From Candidatus Woesearchaeota archaeon (GTDB lineage Archaea; Nanobdellota; Nanobdellia; Woesearchaeales; UBA583): 64,000 bases of DNA. The notes under the pieces are model-generated. The model made no database searches. It was not told where the DNA came from and saw nothing but the letters and a program-made list of their open reading frames with translations. Position numbers and translations under genes: made by a program. Shown piece by piece: positions 40,067 through 50,918 of the stretch (position 1 is the first letter of the stretch; the number at the start of each line of letters is the position of its first letter). The stretch spans positions 736,001 to 800,000 of the forward strand of contig OZ242164.1 of assembly GCA_965205335.1 (NCBI GenBank), written 5' to 3'.

Positions 40067-41959
40067 ATGAGTGAACAAGATTACAAAGCTGAAAACATAA
40101 AAGTTCTAAAAGGTCTTGAAGCAGTTAGAAAAAGACCAGGGATGTATATTGGTGGAACGGGGATTGATGGATTGCATCATCTTGTAAAAGAACTTGTGGA
40201 CAATGCAGTAGATGAAGCCATTGCAGGTTATTGCGATAAAATAAATATTACAATTCACAAAGACAACTCAGTTACAGTTGAAGATAACGGACGCGGAATT
40301 CCTGTAGATAGGCATTCAGAGGGAAAATCTGCAGCAGAAGTAGTTTTTACAGTTCTTCATGCAGGAGGTAAATTTGATGCAAATGCATACAAAGTATCAG
40401 GAGGGTTGCATGGTGTGGGCGCATCTGTTGTAAACGCTCTATCAACCAATTTAGATGTTGAAGTTTACCGTGATGGAAAAAAATATGAGATAAATTTTAT
40501 AAACCAAAAGGCAGTATCTGGGCTTAGAGAAACGGGTCCGACTTCAAAGCAGGGAACAAAAGTCACATTCAGACCAGATGAAAGCATATTTCAGACAATT
40601 GAATTTGATTTCAAAAGTATGAGAAAAAGATACAGAGAAGTTGCTTTTCTGACTCCTCAGGTTAAAATCATTTTTACAGATGAACGCTCAGACAGTGAGG
40701 ATGTCTTTCATTATGAAGGTGGATTAAAAGATTTCATTAAATATATGACTGAAAATTCAAGACAACTAACCCCTATAATTGGACTCAATGGAGAAAAAGA
40801 AGGAATTGAAGTTGATATTGCTTTAACATATACAGATTCATATAATGAAATTATTGAAGGATTTGTAAACGTCATTCCGACTCCAGGAGGTGGAACTCAT
40901 ATTAGTGGATTTAAATTAGGGATTACAAAAGCAATAAAAGATTACATAACAAATAATGGCAAGGTTGCTGATAAAAAAATTAATCTTAGCGGAGATGATA
41001 TTCGTGAAGGGATTGTTGCAATTATTTCAATAAGGATTTCAGAACCTCAGTTTGAAGGGCAGACAAAAGATAAACTTGGAAATCCAGAAGTTTTGCAAGT
41101 AGTCTCAAATATTTTCTTTGAAGAGTTCTACTCATATTTAGATGAGAACCCAAAAGCAGCACAGAGTATTGTTGACAAAGCAGTTCAGGCTCAAAAAGCC
41201 AGAGAGGCGGCAAGAAAGGCAAAAGATCTTGTTAGAAGAAAAAATGTTTTAGAGTTTTCATCTCTACCGGGAAAACTTGCAGACTGTTCATCAAAAGACC
41301 CTTCAAATTCTGAATTATTTATCGTGGAAGGAGATTCAGCGGGAGGTTCAGGCAAGCAGGGAAGAAATCGGGAAACTCAGGCAATTCTGCCTCTTCGGGG
41401 AAAAGTTCTAAACGTTGAAAAAGCCCGTCTGGTTAAGATTTTTGAAAACGAAGAAATTAAGATTCTTATTTCAGCTCTTGGAGTAGGTTTTGGAGAGAGT
41501 TTTGATGCAGAAAAATTACGTTATCATAAAGTTATAATTATGTGTGATGCAGATGTTGACGGTGCTCATATTGCAACTCTTCTTTTAACTCTTTTCTTTA
41601 GACACTTCAAGGAATTGATTTTAAGAGGATATATTTATCTGGCTCTGCCACCCTTATATAAAGTAAAAGTTGGCAAATCTTCTCAGTATTTATACAATGA
41701 CTTGGAATTAAATGAATTTCGAAACGCAAACCCTAATCAGAAAATTGAAATCCAGAGATACAAAGGTCTTGGTGAGATGAATGCAGAGCAGTTATGGGAG
41801 ACAACTCTTGACCCAGACACGCGATATCTAAAGAAAGTAACAATTGATAATGGAATTGAAGCTGATATAGTATTTAGCATGCTTATGGGCGATAAAGTTG
41901 AACCAAGAAAAAACTTCATACTAGAAAACGCCCAGTTTGCAACAGACCTTGATATCTAA
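40067..41959 (+). CDS. gyrB: DNA gyrase subunit B
   Basis: GLEAVRKRPGMYIG, DNGRGIP, SGGLHGVG, EGDSAGG, PLRGK, DADVDG, QRYKGLGEM. Confidence 0.96.
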   Translation: MSEQDYKAENIKVLKGLEAVRKRPGMYIGGTGIDGLHHLVKELVDNAVDEAIAGYCDKINITIHKDNSVTVEDNGRGIPVDRHSEGKSAAEVVFTVLHAGGKFDANAYKVSGGLHGVGASVVNALSTNLDVEVYRDGKKYEINFINQKAVSGLRETGPTSKQGTKVTFRPDESIFQTIEFDFKSMRKRYREVAFLTPQVKIIFTDERSDSEDVFHYEGGLKDFIKYMTENSRQLTPIIGLNGEKEGIEVDIALTYTDSYNEIIEGFVNVIPTPGGGTHISGFKLGITKAIKDYITNNGKVADKKINLSGDDIREGIVAIISIRISEPQFEGQTKDKLGNPEVLQVVSNIFFEEFYSYLDENPKAAQSIVDKAVQAQKAREAARKAKDLVRRKNVLEFSSLPGKLADCSSKDPSNSELFIVEGDSAGGSGKQGRNRETQAILPLRGKVLNVEKARLVKIFENEEIKILISALGVGFGESFDAEKLRYHKVIIMCDADVDGAHIATLLLTLFFRHFKELILRGYIYLALPPLYKVKVGKSSQYLYNDLELNEFRNANPNQKIEIQRYKGLGEMNAEQLWETTLDPDTRYLKKVTIDNGIEADIVFSMLMGDKVEPRKNFILENAQFATDLDI

Positions 41960-41975
41960 AATTAAAGAAGTTATA

Positions 41976-42512
41976 TTAATCCATAATAACCTTTGCATAA
42001 ATTGAACTCCTATGTACCAATCCAAACTTTAAAGCATCTATTGAATCATTTACTGCATCCCCTAAAAGAAGATAAGTATTCTCAGGAATAATAGGATAAT
42101 TCTGTGCAAACAATTCAAGCACCTTAGAATCTATATAATACATCTCTCCAACAGAATTAGTAAGAACATCACCATTAATAAATAATCTATTACCATCAAA
42201 CCCAAAACTATCGTTTGGAATGCCCTTTATCTGCTTAATTAGTAGATTCACATCTCCGCTAAAATTAAACAAAACAACATCTTCTCTCTTTAAATCCGTA
42301 TAATTCACATCAAAAAAAATCTCCGTCCCATCCTCAATTCTTGGACTCATTGAACTCCCATTAACAACAAACGAGGGATAATAAATTCCCATCTTCTCAA
42401 TAACTATCTCATCTCCCAAAATTGTCGCATCTCCGCCTGTAACAACATTTCCAACAGAATCAGAACAAGATACAAAAAGCACAAGTATAAAAATGAATAT
42501 AAACCACTTCAT
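41976..42512 (-). CDS. lepB: Signal peptidase I (Ser/Lys dyad type)
   Basis: GSSMSP, LIKQIKGIPND, LLGD..NDSID..FG. Confidence 0.82.
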   Translation of the reverse strand: MKWFIFIFILVLFVSCSDSVGNVVTGGDATILGDEIVIEKMGIYYPSFVVNGSSMSPRIEDGTEIFFDVNYTDLKREDVVLFNFSGDVNLLIKQIKGIPNDSFGFDGNRLFINGDVLTNSVGEMYYIDSKVLELFAQNYPIIPENTYLLLGDAVNDSIDALKFGLVHRSSIYAKVIMD

Positions 42513-42564
42513 AATAACAAATAACTTTATGAGTATTTAAAGTTTGTCAAAAAAAAACAAAAAA

Positions 42565-43578
42565 TCACTTAAATCTTGTATCATAAACCACTCTTGCAAT
42601 CTCAACTGCATTCAAAGCCGCCCCCCTTAAAATCTGGTCTCCACAAACAAAAAACTCAACACTATTTTTCCCAAACACAAGATTATGTCTTAACCTTCCA
42701 ACCTCAACATCATACTTCTTCGTTGCACTAACCGGCATTGGGTACCTGTTATTTTCAATATCATCAACCAACTCAAGCCCTTTAGTATTACGAATTAACT
42801 CTCTAAGTTCATTAATATCAACCTCTTTTTGCGTCTCAACTACAATGCTCTCACTATGAGCCCTAAGGGTTGGGATCCTAACACATGTACAAGAAATATC
42901 TAAACTACTATCCCCTAAAATCTTTCTTGTTTCCCATACAACCTTCATCTCCTCTCTCGTATATTCATTCTCCTCAAATCTATCAATGTGGGGAATAACA
43001 TTAAAAACAATTGGATGAACAAAAGCCTCATTTTTCACATCCTTACCCTGAAGAGCATTCTTTGTTTCCTCTTCAAGTTCACGCATCCCCAAAATACCTG
43101 CCCCGCTTGTTGCCTGATAAGTTGAAATAATCACTTTTTTCAAACCGTACTTATCACCAATTACTTTCAACGGAATTATCGCAATTGCTGTTGTACAATT
43201 AGGATTAGCTATTAAATTTGAATCACGAATAGAATCCGCATTAATCAGGGGGACAACTAATGGAACATCCTTATCATACCTAAAAGTTGATGAATTATCA
43301 ATTGCAACACATTTTGAATTATTTAACTTCTCAAGATTCTTCTTTGGCCATCCTCCTCCAATTGCCCAGAAAACAATATCAAACTCATTATAGTCTACAC
43401 TATTTGCATTCTCAATAGCAATCTCTCCTTTGTATGTACTCAAAACTTTCCCTTCTGATTTTTCTGATGCAAACAACCTTAGTTTTGAAACTGGAAATTC
43501 TGTCTTCTCCAAAACAGACAAAATCTCTCTGCCAACCATTCCAGTTGCACCAAAAATCCCAACTCTTACGCCAGACAC
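42565..43578 (-). CDS. asd: Aspartate-semialdehyde dehydrogenase
   Basis: GATGMVG, DNSSTFR, ANPNCTT, YQATSGAG, CVRIP, DQILRGAALNAV. Confidence 0.96.
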   Translation of the reverse strand: MSGVRVGIFGATGMVGREILSVLEKTEFPVSKLRLFASEKSEGKVLSTYKGEIAIENANSVDYNEFDIVFWAIGGGWPKKNLEKLNNSKCVAIDNSSTFRYDKDVPLVVPLINADSIRDSNLIANPNCTTAIAIIPLKVIGDKYGLKKVIISTYQATSGAGILGMRELEEETKNALQGKDVKNEAFVHPIVFNVIPHIDRFEENEYTREEMKVVWETRKILGDSSLDISCTCVRIPTLRAHSESIVVETQKEVDINELRELIRNTKGLELVDDIENNRYPMPVSATKKYDVEVGRLRHNLVFGKNSVEFFVCGDQILRGAALNAVEIARVVYDTRFK

Positions 43579-43579
43579 T

Positions 43580-43786
43580 TTAAATACTTTCCCTACTCAT
43601 AACTTTAAGAACTTTTTCTTTATTAAAACTTTCCATCTCGCACATTGGAAGCCTGTAATCCTCTTCACATAATCCCTTTTGCGCTATCATAGTCTGAAGT
43701 TTCAACATTAACCCCATTCTCAAAATGGCAACTCTCTCAATATCCTTATTCATACGTCCATATCCAACAATTGGAATATTTACCAT
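43580..43786 (-). pseudogene. Probable dapB remnant
   Basis: IVGYGRMNKDIERVAI resembles DapB N-terminus; only 68 codons; lies between lysC and asd. Confidence 0.55.
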
Positions 43787-43883
43787 AAAAAGGCGAATAT
43801 ATTATAAATTATAAATTTTTCTTTAACCCAAATTCCTATGAAAACTAAGCCTTTTGTTTTTACTGTTGATAATTCAATAATCC

Positions 43884-45188
43884 CTAACAAACTAACTCCT
43901 TATGCAGAACTTCTATTGCTTTTTGAGTGTCTTTTTTTGAAATTACAATTCCAACGCTTATCTCATTTGTTGATTGAGAAACCATCTTAACATCAATCCC
44001 TGAATTGAAAAGAACTCTAAAAATATCTGCCAAATGATGTTCAACTGATTTCCTCTCCCTTCCTAAAATACAGATGATAGAATTACCCTTGGAAACTCTT
44101 ACCTCAGAGAAATTCCTTAATTCCGATACAATACTATCAAGATGAGCAGTATCGCCAATAGTTATTGAAACATTAATCTCAGAAGTTGAAATCATATCAA
44201 CTGATACCTCGTACTTCTTGAAAACATCAAATATCTTTGAAACAAAACCATAAACCTCAATCATTCTAACCGACTTAGCTGAAACTACAGTAATATTTTC
44301 CTTTGATGAAATCGCTATGAAATTTCTTCCCTGCTTTTCACGAATAATTATTGTTCCGCTATTTCTTGGCTCAAATGTATTCAAGATTCTTACAGGAATA
44401 TTTTTCTTAACAGCAGGAATAATCGTTTTAGGGTGAAGAACCTCTGCCCCGAAATATGCAAACTCAGATGCTTCCTCGAAACTTATAATTGGAATTCTTT
44501 TGCCATTCTTAACTATTCGCGGGTCTGCGGTTAAAATTCCACAAACATCAGTCCAGATTTGAATCTCTTCCACATCTAATGCGCATCCAATAAGGGATGC
44601 AACATAATCCGAGCCCCCTCTTGAAAATGTTGTAAAATTACCTTCTTCATCCTTCCCTCCAAAACCTGTAATAATTGGTATATGCTTAAAATCAGAAATA
44701 ACATTTCTCATAACATTATATGAAGTTTCAAGAATTTTGGCATTTCCAAAATTAGAATCAGTAATTAAACCAATATCTCCTGAAATATGTGCTTCTGAAC
44801 TAATCTCTTTCTTAGTAAGAAGTTCTGCGAGAATCCTTGTGCTCATTCTCTCACCAAAAAAACAAACATGATCATAAACCTTAATGTCAGTTTGAGAATT
44901 ACTTTTTAGAAATCTCTTCAACTCAGTTAACTCTTTTTCAAGCAAATTAGAATTAAGATTCAAATCAGATAAAATTCCAAGATGAATTGAAACTATTTTA
45001 TTATATGAATCATAACACAAGTTTGTTGATTCCTCAACACATTTTATGAGTAAATCAGTAATCTTTGAAACCGCAGACAAAACAACAATGGGATTCTTAT
45101 CTTTATTTTGAGAAACAATTTCGCAGACTCTGTTAAACATATTTGCATCTTTAACAGATGATCCACCAAACTTCATAATTATTGACAT
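43884..45188 (-). CDS. lysC: Aspartate kinase
   Basis: KFGGSSV, VVLSA, GE, TTFSRGGSDY, WTDV, GAEVLHP, ACT domains. Confidence 0.95.
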   Translation of the reverse strand: MSIIMKFGGSSVKDANMFNRVCEIVSQNKDKNPIVVLSAVSKITDLLIKCVEESTNLCYDSYNKIVSIHLGILSDLNLNSNLLEKELTELKRFLKSNSQTDIKVYDHVCFFGERMSTRILAELLTKKEISSEAHISGDIGLITDSNFGNAKILETSYNVMRNVISDFKHIPIITGFGGKDEEGNFTTFSRGGSDYVASLIGCALDVEEIQIWTDVCGILTADPRIVKNGKRIPIISFEEASEFAYFGAEVLHPKTIIPAVKKNIPVRILNTFEPRNSGTIIIREKQGRNFIAISSKENITVVSAKSVRMIEVYGFVSKIFDVFKKYEVSVDMISTSEINVSITIGDTAHLDSIVSELRNFSEVRVSKGNSIICILGRERKSVEHHLADIFRVLFNSGIDVKMVSQSTNEISVGIVISKKDTQKAIEVLHKELVC

Positions 45189-45327
45189 ACCATTTTGTAA
45201 TGTGATGTATTTAAAAAATTATCTTTGAGCAATAATCATTTTACACAGGTAACTTTTAGCAATGATTTAAATCTTAACTCTTTGACAATAATAAAGTTTT
45301 ATAAAATATTTTTGGGGAAAATCATCA

Positions 45328-47946
45328 ATGAATTATTATAAACAGGATATTAAATCTATTCTCAAACAGTTAGATTCCCAAACTAATGGACTTAACTGGG
45401 CAGAGGGGAATTTAAGAATTGAAAAGTACGGATACAATGAACTTCAAATAGAAAATAAAATAAATGTACTAAAACTATTTTTTTCCCAATTCAAATCATT
45501 TATAATATATATATTGCTATTTGCTGTTGTTTTGTCATTTGCGGTGCAAGAATACATTGATGCAGTAGTAATCTTAATCATTCTAATAACAAATGCTTTT
45601 GTTGGATTCTTTCAGGAACTTTCAGCACAGAAATCACTTAATGCATTAAGAAAGCTGAACACAGTACAAGCTAAAGTATACAGAAGCGAAAAATTAGTTG
45701 AAGTAGATTCTAAATTTTTAGTTGTAGGAGACATAATCTATCTTGAAGCAGGAGACAGAGTTCCAGCAGATTGCAGAATAATAGATTATGCAAGATTAAA
45801 GGTTGAAGAATCTGCCTTAACAGGAGAGAGCCTTTCTGTGTATAAAACCTCTGATATGATTAAAGAAGATGTTCAGATAGGGGATCAGAAAAATATGCTC
45901 TTTTCATCAACAACTATTCTTGAGGGCAGTGCAAAGGCGGTAGTTGTTGGAACTGGAATGAACACAGAGATTGGAAAGATTACAGAAATGATTAATGAGA
46001 ACGAAGAAAAACCAACCCCTCTTCAGAGAAGATTAGATTCTTTTGGGAAAAAATTAGGGTATGCTGTAATTGCAATTTGTTTAATCATCCTTGTAACTTT
46101 TGGAGTTAAAGAATACATAATAAATGGCTTTTCTCTTGTATTACTTCTTGATGTCTTTCTAATTGTAGTAGCGTTAGCAGTTGCGGCTGTCCCAGAGGGA
46201 CTTCCTGCAGTTGTAACCATCACCCTCTCAATCGGAGTTAAAAAATTATTGAAGAGAAATACTTTAGTTAGAAAGCTTTCATCAGTTGAAACTCTTGGTT
46301 CTTGTAACGTTATATGCAGTGATAAGACGGGAACTCTTACAACTAACCAGATGACTGTTGAAAAAATATGGACTTTGGATAACTATGCCCAAGTTGATGG
46401 GGTGGGATATTCCCCCATTGGAACAATCTCAAAAAAAATAAACCCACTTCTATTAGAAATTGGAATTAACTGTAACAATGCATCGCACTATAAAAAAGAT
46501 AATATGTGGCAGATCTCAGGAGATCCTACAGAAGCCTCTCTTTTAGTATGTGCCAAAAAAGGAGACATTCAAACACACTATAAAAGATATGATGAACTGC
46601 CATTTGATTCTTCAAGAAAAAGAATGAGTGTTCTTATAAAAAAGGAAAAAGAATTCTATACTTATACTAAAGGAGCTCCTGACCATATTCTTGAGATATG
46701 TACCCATGCCATTAAAAACAATAAAAAAATAAAATTAACACCTCATATAAAAAAGAAAATACACAAACAAATTGATGAATATTCTAGTGAAGCATTAAGG
46801 GTGCTTGCTTTTGCATATAGAAAATCTAAAAATAAAAGAGATTTCAAAGAAAAAGATTTAATCTTTGTAGGACTTTGCGCAATGATGGACCCTCCAAGAG
46901 AAGATGTAATTGAGAGTATAAAAAGAACAAAAGAAGCAGGGATTAGAGTTATAATGATTACAGGAGATTATAAAGAAACTGCAAGAGCTGTTGGAAAAGA
47001 AATTGGGATTGAAGGGAATTTATTAACAGGGCAAGAACTTTCAAATATGTCAGATGATGAACTAAATAAAGCCCTAAGGAATAATACAAATATATTTGCA
47101 AGAGTGATTCCTGAGCATAAGCAAAGAATTGTTGCACAATTGCAAAAACAGGGACACACTGTTGCTATGACAGGAGATGGAATTAATGATGCACCAGCAC
47201 TTGACAAAGCAGATATAGGTATTGCTGTTGGCTCTGGTACTGATGTTACAAAAGAGGCAGCAGATTTAGTTCTTCTTGATGATTCTTTCACAAATATTGT
47301 AAATGCGATAGAAGAAGGAAGAGGGATTTATGACAATATACAAAAATCAATAATGCATCTTCTCTCAGGTAATCTTTCAGAGATTCTAATAATATTTATT
47401 GCAGTTCTTTTAGGCTGGAATCTACCGCTTACGGCAATAATGTTATTATGGATTAATTTAATAACAGATGGTTCTCCCGCTTTAGCTCTTGCAGTAGACC
47501 CATATTCACAAAATATTATGAGAAGAAAACCTAAGCCAAATAATGAAGGGATTCTTCCAAAAGATAAATTATCTCTAATTGCATATCTGGGCACAGTTAG
47601 CTCAATAATAGGGCTTATATTATTTAATTATTATGATGGGTTTGGAAATTTAAACTTATCTCAAACTATGATATTTAGTTTTATTGTCCTCTCAGAACTC
47701 GTTCTTGTTATAATAATTCGGCAACAATATGAAATTAGGCAGTTTACAAATAAATGGATATGGTTTGCATTATTTGGTTCAATACTACTGCAGGCAATAA
47801 TTATATATACTCCATTAAGTAATATTTTTGGACTTGCAGCCATTGGATTAATGGAGATATTTATGCTACTTATTTGCGTGCTTGTACTCTACTCATCATA
47901 TATAATATATAAAATATTGAACTCAAAACATGCAAACTTGCAGTGA
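45328..47946 (+). CDS. P-type IIA cation (Ca2+) ATPase
   Basis: TGES, VPEGLP, DKTGTLT, KGAP, DPPR, TGDGINDAP. Confidence 0.95.
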   Translation: MNYYKQDIKSILKQLDSQTNGLNWAEGNLRIEKYGYNELQIENKINVLKLFFSQFKSFIIYILLFAVVLSFAVQEYIDAVVILIILITNAFVGFFQELSAQKSLNALRKLNTVQAKVYRSEKLVEVDSKFLVVGDIIYLEAGDRVPADCRIIDYARLKVEESALTGESLSVYKTSDMIKEDVQIGDQKNMLFSSTTILEGSAKAVVVGTGMNTEIGKITEMINENEEKPTPLQRRLDSFGKKLGYAVIAICLIILVTFGVKEYIINGFSLVLLLDVFLIVVALAVAAVPEGLPAVVTITLSIGVKKLLKRNTLVRKLSSVETLGSCNVICSDKTGTLTTNQMTVEKIWTLDNYAQVDGVGYSPIGTISKKINPLLLEIGINCNNASHYKKDNMWQISGDPTEASLLVCAKKGDIQTHYKRYDELPFDSSRKRMSVLIKKEKEFYTYTKGAPDHILEICTHAIKNNKKIKLTPHIKKKIHKQIDEYSSEALRVLAFAYRKSKNKRDFKEKDLIFVGLCAMMDPPREDVIESIKRTKEAGIRVIMITGDYKETARAVGKEIGIEGNLLTGQELSNMSDDELNKALRNNTNIFARVIPEHKQRIVAQLQKQGHTVAMTGDGINDAPALDKADIGIAVGSGTDVTKEAADLVLLDDSFTNIVNAIEEGRGIYDNIQKSIMHLLSGNLSEILIIFIAVLLGWNLPLTAIMLLWINLITDGSPALALAVDPYSQNIMRRKPKPNNEGILPKDKLSLIAYLGTVSSIIGLILFNYYDGFGNLNLSQTMIFSFIVLSELVLVIIIRQQYEIRQFTNKWIWFALFGSILLQAIIIYTPLSNIFGLAAIGLMEIFMLLICVLVLYSSYIIYKILNSKHANLQ

Positions 47947-48002
47947 TTTTTAGATTAAACTATTTATTTTTTAAATTTATTGGTATAAAATTCCAAAAAT
48001 TT

Positions 48003-48308
48003 TTATAATTTAGAAGAAAATATCCATTTTAATCTTATTTTTACTACTTTTTCACTTTCTTTAAATCCACTTAAGTCTTTCCCTATCATAATTGGTCCTT
48101 CAACGGCTATGTATAGGGATTCTTTTATTTGCTTATCGAGAAAAAATCCTTCTGGTAAATTTGATTCAAGAAATTTATCCACTAATCTTCCAAATCTATA
48201 ATTTTTATAGGATATGAAGTCTCCATCTTTATGAGAATATTCCATTAGATTCTCTATTGGAAATCTACTTCTTCCTGAAGAAACTTGTGTTTGTGATAAT
48301 TGACTCAT
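48003..48308 (-). CDS. Hypothetical protein
   Basis: 101-aa ATG ORF, no motif. Confidence 0.45.
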   Translation of the reverse strand: MSQLSQTQVSSGRSRFPIENLMEYSHKDGDFISYKNYRFGRLVDKFLESNLPEGFFLDKQIKESLYIAVEGPIMIGKDLSGFKESEKVVKIRLKWIFSSKL

Positions 48309-48577
48309 AATGCATAAAGTTTTACTTTGAAAAATATAATGATTATTTCCAAAAAATGAAACACTTAAGACAAATTAATCATAATACTATGACAATATTT
48401 CATTTTTTTATTCCAATTTTTCCTTTTATTAAAAAACCTTTATAATTATGTGTCTTTATTCCCCAATTATTATAATAATAGTAGAAAAAATCTTAATTTT
48501 AGCATAAATTAAATATATATGTGTTATTTTTAATCAATTTGTGAAGAAAAATTAATAATTATAAAAAATTAATAATT

Positions 48578-49726
48578 TTATCTGGAAACAACAAAAGACT
48601 TAACTTTCTCTAATAATTTTTTTGCTTTTTTGTCATTTTCAAAATGCTTTCTGGTTGGTTCAAGCAACTCATTAATGTATTTTGCGGCACAATCTTTAAT
48701 ATCAATAGATTTAACACTTCCGTCTGAGAAATCCTTTTCTAATTCCTCATATGACTTATATTCTAAATTTCCTCCGTACTTCTCAGGTCTCTCCACTAAG
48801 ATTTTATCATACTTCTCAAAAATAATATACTTAAAATACTCTAAAACTGGATTATCCTCTATGACTTTGTCAATACAATGAGCTTTTCCGAATTTTCTTA
48901 AAACATCTTCTCTTGAATCTGTCATAAATATTGCAGTATCTGGCTTGGATTTGCTCATTTTCATTGCAATCTTTCTATCAATTACTTCCAATTTCTTCTC
49001 AATAGCAGCAAGCGTATACGCATCAGGTATTGCTAATTTATCAATATCTTTAGATTCAAACTTCAAAAGCCCAAGCAACATATGATGATGAAGTGCAATT
49101 GGTTTTCTAAAACCTAACTTAGGAAAAACATCACGTGCAAACATATTAACCTTTCTCTGATCAAGCCCTAACTGAGCAATATCTACTTTTAGATGATATA
49201 TATCTGCCGCCTGCATTAAAGGATATACAATTTGTGCAGAAGGATTTCTAATATTTTCTGCTCGTCCCATAATCTGCCCGCATTTTAAAACCCTTGAAAT
49301 AGTTGCATTCATAGAAAGTTTCAGAACAGTTTCCCAATAACTAGGATTTTCTTCATAAAATTTCTTAGCCCAGATAAATTCAACATTCTCCAAATCCATT
49401 CCGCATGACTTCCAGACTTCAATTGCATACTCTCCTGCTATCTGGATTTTCTCTAAATTTCCCTCATACTTATTATTAAGCATTGCAAAATAATCTGCAA
49501 CAAAAAATTTAAATTTAATTCCGCAGGATGTCAATTTATTAACATTAATCGCCCTTAAAAGACCCTGCGCGATATGAATCTGCCCAGAAGGTTCAAACCC
49601 ATCATAAGCAATTGGATTCTTTTTTTTCTTCAAAAGTTCTACAAGTTCCTCTTCATTAATTAACTCTTCTGCAACCTGCTTTATAATTCCAACTTTTTTC
49701 CCAATTATTTTAGACATACCATTCAC
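48578..49726 (-). CDS. tyrS: Tyrosine--tRNA ligase (archaeal type)
   Basis: YDGFEPSGQIHIAQG, YPLMQAAD, GLDQRK, KMSKS. Confidence 0.96.
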   Translation of the reverse strand: MNGMSKIIGKKVGIIKQVAEELINEEELVELLKKKKNPIAYDGFEPSGQIHIAQGLLRAINVNKLTSCGIKFKFFVADYFAMLNNKYEGNLEKIQIAGEYAIEVWKSCGMDLENVEFIWAKKFYEENPSYWETVLKLSMNATISRVLKCGQIMGRAENIRNPSAQIVYPLMQAADIYHLKVDIAQLGLDQRKVNMFARDVFPKLGFRKPIALHHHMLLGLLKFESKDIDKLAIPDAYTLAAIEKKLEVIDRKIAMKMSKSKPDTAIFMTDSREDVLRKFGKAHCIDKVIEDNPVLEYFKYIIFEKYDKILVERPEKYGGNLEYKSYEELEKDFSDGSVKSIDIKDCAAKYINELLEPTRKHFENDKKAKKLLEKVKSFVVSR

Positions 49727-49760
49727 ACTTCCTAAAAGTTTATAAAAATATTCCTTCTAC

Positions 49761-49888
49761 GGCTCTGTTCGAAAATTGTTTTTTCCAAAATTTATGCTAA
49801 CTATATTCAATCAAAGAAAAAAAATATTTGTCAAAAATTGCTTTATTTATATAACATTTTAAGTTCTCTTGAATTTTCGGACAGAGCC
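49761..49888. mobile_element. 128-bp MITE, copy 1
   Basis: TIRs GGCTCTGTTCGAAAATT / AATTTTCGGACAGAGCC; 8-bp TSD CCTTCTAC (49753-49760, 49889-49896). Confidence 0.9.
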
Positions 49889-49966
49889 CCTTCTACATTA
49901 ATTATTAAAAAGTAGTTAAAATACAAAAATTTATAAATCTTAAAATTTCATAACATATTAAATAAG

Positions 49967-50680
49967 ATGAATGAAGAAAAACTTAAAATAGCTTTTGCAA
50001 GAGTTAAGAGAGATCACCAAGAGTTGGCAAACAACCTTATCCATGTTAACTCTAAAATAAATGACTTATCACGTATGGCTATATTAAGCGATGAAATAAA
50101 AGAAAAAATAAGAAAATTAGATACGATTAATTTAGAAAAATTTATACTTAATCTTGAAAATGAATTTAAATCTATAAATAATTTAACAAAGGATTTCAAT
50201 GACAGATTCTTAGAAGCATCAGGATTTATTAAGAGTTTTTCAACAGAACTTGAAAAATATAATTTTGAATTAGTTGATTTAAAAAAAGAAATGAACAAAA
50301 CCCGAAACAAAGAAGCAAACAGCAGACTTGACATAAAAGTCCTAAACGATAGATTCATTGAATTACAAGAGTTGCTTTCAGAAAAGGTAGAAATTGAAAC
50401 TAAATCTCTTAGAATGGAATTCACAGAAGAACTTGCAAAAGTATATGATGCAATTCATGAAAAAATCAAGAAAAGAAAATCCAAATCTCCTTCCAAAAAG
50501 AAACCAGAACTACAAAACAACACTACAAAAAACATGGATGCAGAAAGAATTCCCGAAAAACCAGAAACAAAAAACCCTAAAAAAGGAGATGGAAAAATAA
50601 AAAAAGCAGTTAAATGGTTATTTATAGATGATGAGAATGAGGAAATGTCTTCAATAAAGCAGGAAGTAAAAAGATTCTAA
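49967..50680 (+). CDS. Coiled-coil hypothetical protein
   Basis: KIAFARVKRD N-terminus, heptad-rich body, Lys/Pro-rich linker. Confidence 0.75.
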   Translation: MNEEKLKIAFARVKRDHQELANNLIHVNSKINDLSRMAILSDEIKEKIRKLDTINLEKFILNLENEFKSINNLTKDFNDRFLEASGFIKSFSTELEKYNFELVDLKKEMNKTRNKEANSRLDIKVLNDRFIELQELLSEKVEIETKSLRMEFTEELAKVYDAIHEKIKKRKSKSPSKKKPELQNNTTKNMDAERIPEKPETKNPKKGDGKIKKAVKWLFIDDENEEMSSIKQEVKRF

Positions 50681-50681
50681 G

Positions 50682-50918
50682 TTAATTCTCCCAATATTTT
50701 TTCTGCTTAAAACTTAATCCTTTCTCTATAAAACCTAGAAATATCTTAGCATCAAACTCATCCATTCCAAACCGATTTGCAAACTCATGTGATGATATAG
50801 TCTCTCCGTTTTTCTTTGACGTTAAAAAATCAGCAATCTCTTGAGCTTTGCTATCACGAGTGAGTCCGTATTTATTAGCAATTCTATCAAATTTTTTCTT
50901 ATGTTCTAAAATATCCAT
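50682..50918 (-). CDS. Small hypothetical protein (possible HTH)
   Basis: 78 aa, abuts gltX stop. Confidence 0.65.
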   Translation of the reverse strand: MDILEHKKKFDRIANKYGLTRDSKAQEIADFLTSKKNGETISSHEFANRFGMDEFDAKIFLGFIEKGLSFKQKKYWEN

